From: Laetmonice hystrix
Lineage: Eukaryota
Direction of reading: 5' to 3'
Assembly (NCBI GenBank): GCA_965235115.1
Contig: OZ249436.1
Span: 29,204,001-29,268,000, forward strand
DNA: 64,000 nt
Shown here: positions 24,999-37,668 of the stretch, piece after piece
Layout: each line of letters begins with the position of its first letter
Numbering within the stretch: position 1 is the first letter of the stretch
Notes under the pieces: model-generated
The model's database searches: none
Told to the model about the DNA's origin: nothing
Seen by the model: only the letters and a program-made list of their open reading frames with translations
Position numbers and translations under genes: made by a program

Positions 24999-25346
24999 AT
25001 TGGCCAGCTGGAGTCGCAAGCTATGGGACAGGGAGGGCTGGCAAGAGCAGTTCTGTGGAACCAGCCGCCCCCAGTACTCGCCTGGCACAGTTTCCAAAGT
25101 CCAGTGCCCAAGGCGCAGGATGGCCCTATGGGGAACCCTGACACAGCGTCTAAAGCTGGTCTGCGGGCGGTTTTCTGCAAGGAATGTGGGAAAGTTTTTT
25201 ACCACAAATCGAACCTTAAGGTCCACATGAGAATGCACACAGGAGAGAAGCCGTACCCCTGTGACGTTTGTGACAAACGTTTCACTACCAAAGGCAATAT
25301 GCAGCAGCACCAGCGATCTATCCATTCTCGAGTTAGCAAAGACTGA
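24999..25346 (+). CDS. ZF exon 35: terminal exon, C2H2 pair
   Basis: atatatttgcag|ATT; CKEC..HKSNLKVH-TGEKPY-CDVC..TKGNMQQH. Confidence 0.8.
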   Translation: MGQLESQAMGQGGLARAVLWNQPPPVLAWHSFQSPVPKAQDGPMGNPDTASKAGLRAVFCKECGKVFYHKSNLKVHMRMHTGEKPYPCDVCDKRFTTKGNMQQHQRSIHSRVSKD

Positions 25347-25597
25347 ACCATCTCTACGTTTTCTGTACTGCTGAAGGAAGAGGCAGGTGTACTGTACATT
25401 ATTACAGCCGTCTTCTTATAGGTTGGCGCTAGATGTTGTCTCAGATAAAGGTCTGCACAGTATTTTCCTAACAAATAGCCTCTAACTATTTTTGATCCTG
25501 TTAGGGTAATAGCCCAAAATGGCATCGCTATGAAGCAGACAGGGATGATGTAATTCCAACGTATTTGTACTGCTATTCAAGTGTTATATCCTCTTTT

Positions 25598-27657
25598 TTA
25601 GCCCCCACAACGGGGGGCTTATAATTCGACCTCCGTCCGTCCGTGCGTCCGTCCGTCCGTACGGCCGTCCGTCCCTCCGTATGTCCGTAGACAGCGATTT
25701 CTCAGAAGTGTATGGGTCGATTTCTTTGAAACTTCACACAAGGATCAGGGATGAACTGCGGATGATGCACGTCAAACAGATTTTTGATATCATTCAAAAT
25801 GGCCGCTTGGCGGCCATCTTAAGTGTAAACACATTTTGAGCAGTAACTCAGCCAAAACAATCACGATTTCTTTCAAACATGGTGCAGGGATGAGGCATAA
25901 TGAGGGCCAATATGCATCACAATAAAATTTCAATTCAGATCCAAAATGGCGAGATGGCGGCCATATTTGTTTCTTGACCCCCACAATGACACTGTTTTGG
26001 CTTATATCTCGAAAACGGTGCAAGATGACGCAATAGTTCCTATTATTGATAGATAGGAAGTCATATATGACGTTTCATTTGGCGCCATTTTCGATGACCT
26101 TGAGCGACCTTGAAAGGTCAATCAAGGTCATGCATATTTTCAATAGCCTGGATCTTCAAAACAGTTAAAGATAACGACATAATCTTGCATGAAACATTAC
26201 ATAATGATCCGGGAAAGTCCACGGATAAGGCAGGTCAAAGATATTTTTGACATCAGTCAAAATGGCCGCGTGGTGGCCATCTTGGATGTAAACACATTTG
26301 GAGTAATAACTCACACAAAACGATCCCGATTTCTTTCAAATTTGGTGGAAAGAAGGCGTATATGAGGGGCAATGTATATGCCAATGTATTGCCAGATCAG
26401 AGCAAATATGGCGACATGGCGGCCATATTAATATTTTTACCTCCCCCCTATAACACTGCTTTGGCTCATATCTCCAAAATGGTGCAAGATAAGGCAATAG
26501 TTATTATTATTGACAGATAGGAAGTCATATAATTATGACGTTTCATTTGGCGCCGTTTTCGATGACCTTGAGCGACCTTGAAAGGTCAATCAAGGTCATG
26601 CATATTTGCAATAGCCTGGATCTTCAAAACAGTTAAAGATAACGACATAATCTTGCATGAAACATTACATAATGATCCGGGACAGTCCACGGATGAGGCA
26701 GGTCAAATATATTTTAGACATCAGTCAAAATGGCCGCGTGGTGGCCATCTTGGATGTAAACACATTTAGAACAATAATTCAGACAAAAAGATCCCGATTT
26801 CTTTCAAATTTGGTGGAAAGAAGGTGTATATGAGGGGCAATGTATATGCCAATGTATTTCTAGATCAGAGGAAATATGGCGACATGGCGGCCATATTAAT
26901 ATTTTACTCCCCCCCCCCCCCATAACACTGCTTTGACTCATATCTCGAAAACGGTGCAAGATAAGGCAACAGTTATTATTATTGATAGATAGGAAGTTAT
27001 ATATGAAGTTTCATTTGGCGTCATTTTCCATGACCTTGAGCGACCTTGAAAGGTCAATTAAGGTCATGCATATTTTAATGGCCTGTACCTCCAAACCAGT
27101 TGAAAATAACAACATCTAATCTTGCATGAAACATTACATAATAACCAGGGACAGTCTAAGGAGGACACAGGTCAAATATATCATTAAAAATGGCTGCTTG
27201 GTGGCCATCTTGGATTTAAAGAAATTCGAAGCAATAACATTTTCTGGATTTCATTCTTGCTGACAGAAGGCATGAGGGGCAACAAGCGTGCCAAAAGTAT
27301 GCATAGTTCCTGGACCCACAGATAATTTGTCCCTACTCAGTTGGTTCACGCCAGACAAGGCTATTAAACTGTACATAACTGACCTCTAAAGGTCAATCGA
27401 GGTCAAGCATGTCTACAACACTTCATGTCGGATAACACTATCAAACTGTACATAACTGCATAGTTATTGCAGACACATGCATCTTTATGCCGGATAACGC
27501 CATCAAGCTGTACATATAACTGCATAGAACTTTACTAAGTTTACAAAGTTTCATTTGACAATATTTCCTTTGCCCTTCAAAGATCAATTGAAGTCGTGCA
27601 TCGTTTTTTCAAGAATCCATAGTTCGTGGTGGGGGCTATAAGCTTCACAAGCTTGTT
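25598..27657 (+). mobile_element. Non-autonomous Helentron/HINE-like element with internal ~470-480 bp tandem repeats
   Basis: Starts in T-run with hairpin agcccccacaacggggggct then (CCGT)n microsatellite; ends gtgggggct + hairpin aagcttcacaagctt + T-run; internal motif gataggaagt(c/t)atat recurs at ~26050, ~26520, ~26990. Confidence 0.65.
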
Positions 27658-28831
27658 TTTCGTGGTTCAGGGGGCATTAATGGACATTTTTCTGCTTCTG
27701 TTTCATCCTTGCAAACCTGAGGAAAAACTGTTGATAACTGATCCTTTGGCCACACCTGAAACAAGAACAGTCACCAACAATCGGCCTAAACTGTGCTTTC
27801 AGACATTTGCAGTCCTCTGCTCAGTCAGCAAAGGAGCAAGGAGAGATTGCTGGAGCGCAGTTTTGGAACCCGCAAATATACCATTCATCAGGATTGTGGC
27901 AACCTTTACGAGTCTCTGTTGAAATAGATCAAAATAAATAAATAGATAACAGAACACACAAGTGTCTTTTGGAATGTTGAACACCAGTTTTCGGACTAAA
28001 TTTTTGTCCAGTATGTGTATGTGTCAACTACAGCCGAATTTTGCAGGTGTCTCCAAGATAAGAGGCCGGCTTATGACAACAAAGAAGCAAATTTAATAAT
28101 CTTTGGTTGCTATGGGATACAATGACTGTGACCATATGCAAATGACCTTGATAGTTTCCGATCTAGATCCTGTCCATAAAGAATAAGACTAGAACAGAAG
28201 CAAGATCTATCAGCTTCCCTGCTAAGCATATCTATGAAAGATTTGATACATTCTGCATGGTTGTCATGGTAACCAGCAACGGGGACAGTAAATATTGTGG
28301 GGAAAAACTTGATGATCATACTGAATGACAGCGTCCATATTTGGTTACTTAAATCCACCCTGAAATTTCAAGGGCCTATGCAAGTATATGAAAAATATGT
28401 ATTATATGTGATATTCATCACTTTTTGAACTCTAAGTACCTTTGGTTGCTAAGGGGATTTATCATAGTAACCAGGTCCTGATAGTCAGGATTGTTGGCAG
28501 CAGCTTAAAGAATCTGTACCCATCTTCACGGTAAGAAATTCTTGACCTTTTAACAGAAAGTTTTGGTTCAAATGACCTTGACTGTGGGGTCAAAGGTCAA
28601 CAAAATAGGGTTGTTTTGGAACGCCCCTTAACCTGTTGCAGATCTATATCCTCATTAAGCCAAGAATGAGAATCCCTAATTTTTTTTACCTTTAACCCTT
28701 GAGGTCAAGGCCGTCATTTTGGACTTTTAGTTGGCTAGCACTATTTTTTTTAAAAAGACGCATCAGAATCACCCCTGTCCAAAATATGTTGCTTTATCAC
28801 AAAGTGAACGATTCCGCCCCTTTTTTTACAG

Positions 28832-29035
28832 ATGGCTGCCCAGCTACACTGGAAGTTGCCGCCTTCTTGCAGAGTATGTGGAAAGCGTTTTCGCAACAAC
28901 CAGAACCTGAAGGTCCACATGAGGACCCACACTGGAGAAAATCCTTTTAAGTGCGATATTTGTGGGAGAGGCTTTACCACAAAGGCAAACATGCAGCGGC
29001 ACCGTGAAAAAAAGCATAGGTCCCTGAGTGAATGA
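28832..29035 (+). CDS. ZF exon 36: terminal exon, C2H2 pair
   Basis: cccctttttttacag|[33 protein letters not shown]. Confidence 0.85.
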   Translation: MAAQLHWKLPPSCRVCGKRFRNNQNLKVHMRTHTGENPFKCDICGRGFTTKANMQRHREKKHRSLSE

Positions 29036-29277
29036 TTGAAAATTGAAAGAAACCTTTCTCTTGGCTGCCTCACTGGAGGCTTGTTGATGACATACAGCAG
29101 TTTACGAGTGATGATGAAGGTCAAGACAAGGCTGATAGTTGCCTAATTGAAGGGTACAGGAGTGGGTCGTTTCGGTGTGATTACTGAACGGTAAAAAGAA
29201 CTGCAGGTGCGAATCTTCCTGTAGATATACGCATGGAAAGCCCACGACCGCTCAGCCCACTCGTTTTCTCCTTTCAG

Positions 29278-29529
29278 ACGATCATGCTTGCTGTGCCACA
29301 AGGGAACATCCAAATTAGGCGGACAGGAAAGGCCCATGGTTGTGATCGGTGTGGCAAGTTGTTTCTAGGCCCACAGAAACTAAAGAGACATATGAGGACG
29401 CATACGGGCGAGAGGCCGTTTCCATGTCCAGTGTGTGGAAAAGCCTTCAGGCAGAAGGAACATCTCTTGAGCCATAAAGCCACCCACAACATGCAGATAC
29501 AGATACCGCCGTTTATTGGACAAAAATGA
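29278..29529 (+). CDS. ZF exon 37: terminal exon, C2H2 pair
   Basis: ttttctcctttcag|[33 protein letters not shown]. Confidence 0.85.
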   Translation, partial: TIMLAVPQGNIQIRRTGKAHGCDRCGKLFLGPQKLKRHMRTHTGERPFPCPVCGKAFRQKEHLLSHKATHNMQIQIPPFIGQK

Positions 29530-30260
29530 TAGCCTTTTTTAACCTTTGTCTTTTACAAGTCGTTGTACGACATGGTTTTTTTTCATGACTTCAATATGGC
29601 ATATATGGAATCTCTAAATTTCCTTAATAACCATTTATGGTTTCTTGCGGTTAAGATTGTGCCATGTTTACGAGTGACCAGGTGAGGAGTACATAATTAT
29701 GTATCTCATTTGACCAGCAAGGGGTGTTCCTGTTTTATGTTAACACTCAATTATTTAGCACATACTGGCGCCGCTGAAAGTTACATTATGGCCCGATAAA
29801 AGTGACATTGTAAAAGCATAAAGCACTTTTAGCGACTGGGTACAAATTTAGATTTCCAGCAGTCATTCTATTGCTCCATGCCTTTAATTTTGCCTGAACT
29901 GCGCCTCGAGCCTCTCGGGGTATGCCACATTGGAGAATTCCCTCCGGCTTGCGTTATACACGACATAAGATAAAGCTAAAGTGGATCGGTCCATTCTCTG
30001 CAAGGTAGGGATGGATCTCGTTGTGTGTGGCATCAACTCAATCTTGGACAAGCCACAACCTGATGTCCCTGGGTTTGGTAAGGGACGGATAGCGGCCGAC
30101 GGATGTGGCCAAGCCAAGACTGCCGTGGCATGCCTATAGCTTTATGCCAACATTCTATCTGTGGAGCAACGGTCGAAAGGTGGACCCGTGAAGCACCGTC
30201 TGATGGATGTACTATGAATGGGAAGGATTATCGCTTAGTCCACTCCTTTTCTCCTTTCAG

Positions 30261-30485
30261 ATGATCTTGTGTGCTGTGCCACAAGGGAGACTCCGAGGTC
30301 AGCGGCCATTGAAGGTGTTTACTTGTGAAGTGTGTGGCAAGGTGTTCCCGGACTGTACTAAGCTAAAGAGACATATCAGATCACACACAGGGGAACGGCC
30401 ATTTTCGTGCCCGGTGTGTGGAAAGGCTTTCAGGCAAAAGGAGCATATGTTGGGCCATAGAGCCACCCACAAAATGCAGATATAG
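30261..30485 (+). CDS. ZF exon 38: terminal exon, C2H2 pair
   Basis: ttttctcctttcag|ATG; CEVC..DCTKLKRH-TGERPF-CPVC..QKEHMLGH. Confidence 0.85.
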   Translation: MILCAVPQGRLRGQRPLKVFTCEVCGKVFPDCTKLKRHIRSHTGERPFSCPVCGKAFRQKEHMLGHRATHKMQI

Positions 30486-31231
30486 CCAGGTAACGGCTAA
30501 GGACTTGTTTTTTGTAACTAACTATATATTGAATAAATCTGTATAAACTATTCCCGTTATGGAATGGAAATAATTAAGTTTCTTCCGTGTTTTAATAAAT
30601 GAAGTAGAGACGGAAGGCTTCAAGTTTTTAGTTATGGCCCATATTCTGTCGTTGAAACTCTGGCAGGTGGTCAAATATGAGACCAGTGAGATGGTAGGTG
30701 ACATTTTTGTCCAAGGATGAACTCTAGAAGCAAGTGGGAGGTATGTGATTTAACCAGCAAAGTATATGTTTCTCTATGAAACTACGTAGGCTTCTTGCTT
30801 TATGTTAATTATTAATATTTAGCACACACTGGCGCCGGTGTGCAATAATGTCCAATTGCATTTGTAGGTCACGTTCCAGTGTTCCATGTCCTCCATGTCC
30901 TTTTAGATACACCCTCCCCTACAACATGCAATGCCCCCTAAATATAATCACTAAGGTGGGTCAATGTTCTGCTAGTTAGGTCTTAGGATCGATTTGCATG
31001 TACGGCGTGAGCCCATTCATGGACTGGCCACAACCTGACGGGAGGTGGCCAAGCCTACTGCCGGTACACTACTATACCATTTCGCTGTTACCATTCTATT
31101 ACGCTGATATTCTACAAGTTGTCTTCTTCCATCTGTGGAGCAAAAGGCGAAAGGTGGACCCATTATGCACCTTCCGATGGATGTATGAATGGGAAGGATT
31201 ATCGCTTAGTGCACTCCTTTTCTCCTTTCAG

Positions 31232-31450
31232 ATGATCTTTTGTGCTGTGCCACAAGGGAGACTCCCAAATCGGCGGCAAAGGAAGGTGTTGGCTTGTGAA
31301 GTGTGTGGCAAGTCGTTCACGGACTCTACTAAACTAAAGAGGCACATAAGAACACACACAGGGGAGAGACCATTTCCATGCCCACAGTGTGGCAAAGCCT
31401 TTAGGCGCAAGGAGCATATGTTGGGTCATTTAGAAATCCACAAAAAGTAA
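31232..31450 (+). CDS. ZF exon 39: terminal exon, C2H2 pair
   Basis: ttttctcctttcag|ATG; CEVC..DSTKLKRH-TGERPF-CPQC..RKEHMLGH. Confidence 0.85.
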   Translation: MIFCAVPQGRLPNRRQRKVLACEVCGKSFTDSTKLKRHIRTHTGERPFPCPQCGKAFRRKEHMLGHLEIHKK

Positions 31451-31754
31451 ATTTTGAAGACCAGCCAAATACAGTGTTTAATATTGCACAGAAACGATTT
31501 CATCGCGTCAGGTGTATGCTTAGTATGGAATGCAATATTGCGATTTCTTTCGACGAACATTATTGATACTAGGCAGTCGCGACTCCGCGACTTGACATTA
31601 CATCGCTTTGCCTCGCATCATGCGTGATTTTAGCTTAACTTCGACTGCCTTGCTGTGGCCGGCTGTCTGTGCTGAATAAAAGTCGAGTGTTGTTCTGCAA
31701 TCAACCCATGCATTTCAGCAAAAGGTAATATCTTAAGGTTGAAGAAAAACTTAA

Positions 31755-32195
31755 AGGCAGGGTAAATACCCACGGCAAATAAGGTTTCATAGACCAAATG
31801 AAACACCAGTATTTAACTCAGGGCAATAAATGCCACAATTACGTTGTCTGAATGAAGTAATTAACGTGTAACTGCCCGTTGTGTGACGTTACTGGTTCTT
31901 ACCTTGACCTTCTTGTGTGTTCATCAGAGCCGAATGCTGCACACCGCGGCGTATTGCGTAACATTACGTGTTACTCTGCTCGTAGACCTTGTCTACACGA
32001 TGTTTGGAGTCCCAACGTTTGTAAACGTCCGAGGTGTTGAACACACAAGCAGAGCCAGTTGCGTCACACATCGGGCAGTTACACGTTAATTACTTCATTC
32101 AGACAATGTAATTGTGTCATTTATTGCCCTGAGGTAAATGCTGGCGTTTCATTTGGTCTACGAAACCTTATTTGCCGTGGGTGTTCACCCTGCCT
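31755..32195. mobile_element. MITE with ~125-bp terminal inverted repeats and TTAA target duplication (Kolobok/piggyBac-type target)
   Basis: ttaa|aggcagggtaaatacccacggcaaataagg...ccttatttgccgtgggtgttcaccctgcct|ttaa; arms pair inward to gtgtaactgcccg / cgggcagttacac. Confidence 0.8.
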
Positions 32196-32894
32196 TTAAA
32201 TACCATTACCTTAAGGTTGAAGAAAAACTTAAATATCATTTGAGATGGTTTACATTACGTTTACACTACCACATGTTTATATTAGTTTTCGATGTAAGAA
32301 TTGAATGTAGGCCTAAAGTTTTAGGAATCTTTCAATATCGTAAATACCATTTCCTTAGTAGAAAGTCAATCAGATTTGATGCATCATAGTGAATAGTATT
32401 AGGCATATTTATGCATATTTATGCATACCTCTACAAATGATGAAAGTTAGTAATGAGGAAATAAAGAGAAGCCGTGAAAGGATGTTGTTTTTTTGGTGCT
32501 CGTTATAGTTGGCTATGGTTTCACATGCATCAGGTGTATTCAAGACTACAACAGCAAACGCATTATATATACCGGTAATGCATATGTTACATGTAGTTTA
32601 CATGCATCTTACAAAGCAAGAATTCCACGAATTGTATTACTCCATGCATGCCCCAAAATGCGTGTACAAACACTTGCAATGTCAAATATACAATATACAT
32701 TAGTGTTACCGGTTAGAAATCGAAAATTACTATTGATAAAACGTCGTTCGACAGTATTCCCCCCTTGCACCCTCCGATTTAAACAGGAAGGGGGTCAAGT
32801 GACCTTTTCCTGCACAGTGAGGCAACCAGGGCGGCTCCGCCATTAAAAGGGCAATGAGATTCGTTACATTCCAAAGTAGACTTTCATAAAACTC

Positions 32895-33080
32895 ATGTGG
32901 TGTGATACATGCAGTCTTACCGGGATACTGAACTTACAAAAAGAGTATCTCATCTGTAGCATGTTTGCTACAACCGGGTGGTCAGATTATTATGTAGGGG
33001 AGTCTTCTCGAAACTGTCGTACTCGCAAAAGAGGACATAAAAAAAATCTATTTTTATGCTCTTTGCTCGCACCTATTTAA
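32895..33080 (+). mobile_element. Penelope-like element remnant (GIY-YIG endonuclease fragment)
   Basis: CDTC...YYVGESSRNCRTRKRGH resembles the YVGET.R.L..R...H motif of Penelope GIY-YIG domains; degenerate. Confidence 0.45.
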
Positions 33081-33411
33081 ACAAATAGCATTACGCGGTT
33101 TCTGTCTTAGACCAGGCAATAATTGAACGGGGGCTTGTTGACCCAACTTGGCCGTTATTATGAGTCAACTGAGGTATACGGAGGTAAACCGTTTACAGAA
33201 TATTTTAGGACTGGAATATGAGATATCTGGCCAATACCTTAAGAAAGAGCTAGGTTATAGACTCAACAAGAGTCCTATATATCATGGTTTCAAAGTTTCC
33301 CAAAATGTGCTTAAGGAAGCCTAAGTTCCATCATGAAGTCCCCAAGCCAGGGATGACCACCCACATGACATGCAAGGATTATTGCTCAGTCCACTCCTTT
33401 TCTCCTTTCAG

Positions 33412-33630
33412 ATGGTCTTGTACCCTGTGCCACGAGGAAACTTCCCAACACGGCGGCCAAGAAAAGTGTTGGCTTGTAGTGTGTGTGGCAAATTGTTTAC
33501 AAACTCTTGTAAGCTGAAGATACATATAAGAACACACACAGGGGAGAGGCCATTCCCTTGCCCAGAGTGTGACAAAGCCTTCAGGCGCAAGGAGCATATG
33601 TTGTGTCATCTAAACACCCATAGAAAATGA
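33412..33630 (+). CDS. ZF exon 40: terminal exon, C2H2 pair
   Basis: ttttctcctttcag|ATG; CSVC..NSCKLKIH-TGERPF-CPEC..RKEHMLCH. Confidence 0.85.
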   Translation: MVLYPVPRGNFPTRRPRKVLACSVCGKLFTNSCKLKIHIRTHTGERPFPCPECDKAFRRKEHMLCHLNTHRK

Positions 33631-34098
33631 GCTGGCATTTTCAAAAAGAAATAGCCGTGGCAATGTGTCATGAAAGGCACACATGTTATTAACAGGGAAT
33701 ATTTGGAGTTAGAAAAATGGAGGTGTGGTATTTGCATTGAGACAAGTGGCAGTTGTCCGGATTGAATCCAAAAATCCACAAGAAGCCTCGGTCACCTTAA
33801 TTTCTGCCCTATTGAAGGTTTGTAAGTAAATTCGCCAATCCATTAGTTGCAGTAGAATACTGGACTGAGATGGTGTCAGTCATCAGATCTCATCTCCTGG
33901 CGTGGCTCTCTCTATTTCAGCATTTGGTCAAACAAAAGAGACGACCAATATCGCAGGATTCGTATGCGTGTGCATTATCTGACAACACCCGGGGACATGA
34001 TTCGATTCCGACAACATAGAGGATTAATATTTGCTCCTTCTATGTCACACAAGACATACGAAACGCGCCTCATAGTGGTAACACACTTTATCTTGCAG

Positions 34099-34353
34099 AC
34101 GTTCGGTGCCAGGGAGTTGGGATTCCTAGGTCCGGGGCATTCGGGATTTTGGACTTCTAGCCGGAAAGCTCAGAGTCCTGTCCGGTCCTGTCAGATATGT
34201 GGAAAGGAATTCAAGTTTACATCACTACTGACAAGACACCTGCGTGTTCACACAGGAGAACGGCCATTCCTGTGTCCAGTCTGCAAGCGGACCTTTACAC
34301 AGAAAGCTCACCTGGATATGCATTCCAAGTTACATCGTAAAGACAACATGTGA
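34099..34353 (+). CDS. ZF exon 41: terminal exon, C2H2 pair
   Basis: actttatcttgcag|ACG; CQIC..FTSLLTRH-TGERPF-CPVC..QKAHLDMH. Confidence 0.85.
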   Translation, partial: TFGARELGFLGPGHSGFWTSSRKAQSPVRSCQICGKEFKFTSLLTRHLRVHTGERPFLCPVCKRTFTQKAHLDMHSKLHRKDNM

Positions 34354-34508
34354 TCAGTACAGAAGGAGTATTAGTAATGTCATTTGCATTACGAAAGGAA
34401 CTGACTGGTATTATCTTGTAATAAGTGTAAACTGTTAAAATACAACAGATATAAAATTATAAAAGAAGAAATCAAAGTCCATATCGAGGATTTTTTTTAT
34501 ACTTCCAG

Positions 34509-34766
34509 ATGATGCAACCTTGTGTGATACAACCCATAGTGGTACCATGTAAAAGGACCCTGACGCCAGGTTCAAGGTCGCGGCGTCAAGATGAGGGCAT
34601 CCCGTGCAAAATTTGCGGAAAATATTTCCGGGGTACTTTTGAAGTAAAAAGGCATGAAAGAATACACACAGGAGAGAAACCGTACGAGTGTCCACACTGT
34701 GGGCGAAGATTTAGTCAACATTATAACATGATTATGCATACCCGTACGCATAATAAACAGTCTTGA
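34509..34766 (+). CDS. ZF exon 42: terminal exon, C2H2 pair
   Basis: tttttatacttccag|[33 protein letters not shown]. Confidence 0.85.
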   Translation: MMQPCVIQPIVVPCKRTLTPGSRSRRQDEGIPCKICGKYFRGTFEVKRHERIHTGEKPYECPHCGRRFSQHYNMIMHTRTHNKQS

Positions 34767-34910
34767 GTTTTTAAGTGTGCAAACTAACATTGACTGTTTG
34801 CTAGGAATCTCCACATGGAAGCTGGTGGCCCAGTTTGGGCAGAAGGTGCAGATTTAAGGTGGCCGGGATGGCAGTTCGCCTGACACTGACCTGGCTGTGT
34901 GATTTTCCAG

Positions 34911-35165
34911 GTGAACGGGTCGTGGGCCTGGCCGCAGGGCGAGGCGCGCCGTCAGGTCGGTTACCAAGGGACCACCCAGCCAGGACAACTAGGCCTAAAG
35001 AACTCGTGTTCTTTGTGCGGTAAACAGTTCAGAGACGTGTACAACATGATGCGCCATGTCCGAACACATACCGGAGAAAGACCATACAGTTGTCACATTT
35101 GTGGGAAGAGATTCAGACAAAAAGTGCATGTCGATGTTCATATGACATTACATAAAACAAGTTGA
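34911..35165 (+). CDS. ZF exon 43: terminal exon, C2H2 pair
   Basis: gtgtgattttccag|[33 protein letters not shown]. Confidence 0.85.
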   Translation: MNGSWAWPQGEARRQVGYQGTTQPGQLGLKNSCSLCGKQFRDVYNMMRHVRTHTGERPYSCHICGKRFRQKVHVDVHMTLHKTS

Positions 35166-36994
35166 AATGAAAGAAATTACAGATATAGGTGTCTTGTACC
35201 CTGGTTGGTAGTTTATGCCATTGATTACGAAAGTGATTAAAATATATTATTTCTTTTTGGTCAAACAAATGTACATTACCTTAAATTAGGAAACTATATA
35301 GTACTTAAGACTAGCCGTTGGAGCTTCAGTTCAGGCGCCAGGAATAGAAACCTCGTCTCCTATGGCGTCAGGTATTTTCTGTGGGATATGCACATACCAG
35401 TCAAAATGAGAATGCAATGGACAATGCGAGTACACGCTGGGTTAAACCGGTATTAGGTCTAGAATTAAACAACAGCAACTCGTTCAGCATCCATGAAATT
35501 TTACCTTTATGTTTTTATCCATTTTATCCATAATAAACAAGAATCCAATTCTCATCTTCTTTCGTCTGGTCCATCTCTGCCGCCTTTTCTGTGGGTGGAT
35601 CCTTCCCCATACCCCGGCCATATTGGCGACGCCTATATTATAGTCATGTCAGCTGGTCCATATTCTGTATGCCCAACACTCTTAATGGATGCATGGCTGT
35701 TCCTTAAAGCCAAATGCAACAATCCAGCTACCTTATACCTTCCCATATGCCTTATACAATAAAGAATAACATCAACAATAAATGCAGGTCAATAGGTTTT
35801 ACATAAACGAGAATGCCAACCTTAAACTACGAGTACCGTACCTCTAGCCGAGAAATGAACTCGGCGCCATTTTACATCACATTATCACATGGGAGATTGA
35901 TTCAGCCAATCAAAAACAGTCAGGTCATCCGGAAGTGTGACGTCGCCAGAGCCGCGAGTTTCCACCAGCTGTCAGATCGGGTGAGGATTACAAGGTAGTC
36001 AGAGAGTCTAGACTGAGAGCTGCGAGTAAGATTATCCGTGTCATAGTACTAGGAGACCGATCAGCAGGTCTAACCACACCACTGACTTGGTGCTGATCCT
36101 TCGTGAAGATATGCCTGGGTGTGCTAGCTGAACGGTAGCCCGACGCTTTGACAGTGGCAGTGCACGCCATGTCCCCGGCCGTAGACTGCCGTAGTCTGTC
36201 ACTACTGTCAGACTCCATCCATGACCCAACCAGTGTACATTTCATTCTCTAGTTGACAATTCTCCGTATAAATAATAGCTTTCAGCCACCATTTCATGCG
36301 TTGGAGGGTATTGTGACGAATTTCTGTTCGTTTAAGCGCCCGGTAAGAGATTTTTCAATACGTTGTCGATCGACCAAATTGGCATGTCTGGCCCCGTCCA
36401 ACCACCAGTGCACGCCCGTCGGGAGCACCGTGCTGCCCCGTTGTTGACTTCACCACCTGACTCGGGTGTCGGGGTGAGTGAGGCATGGAGCCTGGGACAG
36501 GGCACGCATGAAGGGGACATGAAGTCATGTAATCGACATGGGCCGAGATAACCATGGTCCGAGTTCACCAGTAACCATTATTGTACATAGTGTCCGTGAA
36601 GATGGTTGACCAACACAGTGATGGGGGAATGGGGTAGGCTCTAGGGACGCCATTTTTTAAGGTCTCACGGCAGTGAATTTCGGCAAGATGGACGCCGTGA
36701 GCAAACGGTCAACTGTCAGTTTCTATCGGGGATTACTTTTAACACACAGACTTTGTGGGAATTAGATGGTGGCAGGTAAAAGACACTATACCATGGTTAT
36801 CCATGGGCCCTATTGCTAGTGGCGGTTTCGGATCGCTTTAAATGTAAGCTAAGTCAAAGAAATCGTAAAGAAAACTTGATTTTCTGGAGTGACCATTTCA
36901 TTTCTTTAATCGTATTCTACTTTACCTCTGTCCGAATTGTCTGTGTAATTACGATGAAGTCTCGTCGCATTCCCGTGTCTTCTCCCGGTTCTTC

Positions 36995-37178
36995 CCCCAT
37001 GATAACTTTCCACGAAATGTTTGGGCAGGGGTTAGGGTTAAGGTCAGGGATAGGGATAGGGATAGGGTAGGGATATGTTTTGGGGAGGTGTAGGGACTGG
37101 GGTTAGGGGTTAGGGATAAGGTCAGGGCCATGGATCTTTACTTTCCACCAAATTTCGTGGAGTTTAAGTTATCATGGG
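36995..37178. mobile_element. Small MITE-like element with internal degenerate (TTAGGG/ATAGGG)n
   Basis: Inverted ends cccatgataactttccacgaaat / atttcgtggagtttaagttatcatggg enclosing ggttagggttaaggtcagggatagggatagggataggg. Confidence 0.5.
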
Positions 37179-37668
37179 CGATATACCCTTCTCCCACATT
37201 ACCAAACAGTGTATTTTAATGTGGTTTTGGTTAAAGGGACACAATTTTTCGACTAACTTTGCGTTTTTCTTATATGGTAGCGATAAGAGGTCCGGAGTAT
37301 TGTTACCCTGAAAATAGCGTTAATTGGCCTATAATCAACCACAGGCAGCCCCCAAAGTGATTTTAGTTAAGCGTTGTAGAGGGGCCTCAAGTGACCCATT
37401 TGAGGTAACACTATTTCTTGGCCAAGACAACGGTTTCCGCCGAATTTGTTTATGTTTTAAATTTAACTATAGTATGACTCACAAAATATTCAAAACATTC
37501 AAAAAAATGCCATTCCTCAAATTGTGCCCCTTGAAGGTCTGCTTCTATGCATATTATATAGAGCTGGATGATGATGTATAACGCAGTGCCGTGAAATTTT
37601 ACAGCATTCTAAACCAAATGTTCTGCCTAAGGCGAGGTATGACAGCCATCCATCAATTGTTCTTGCAG

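Noticed and set aside
37021..37130. Telomeric repeat or chromosome fusion site
   Set aside because: Short, degenerate and enclosed by inverted repeats, so more likely MITE interior.
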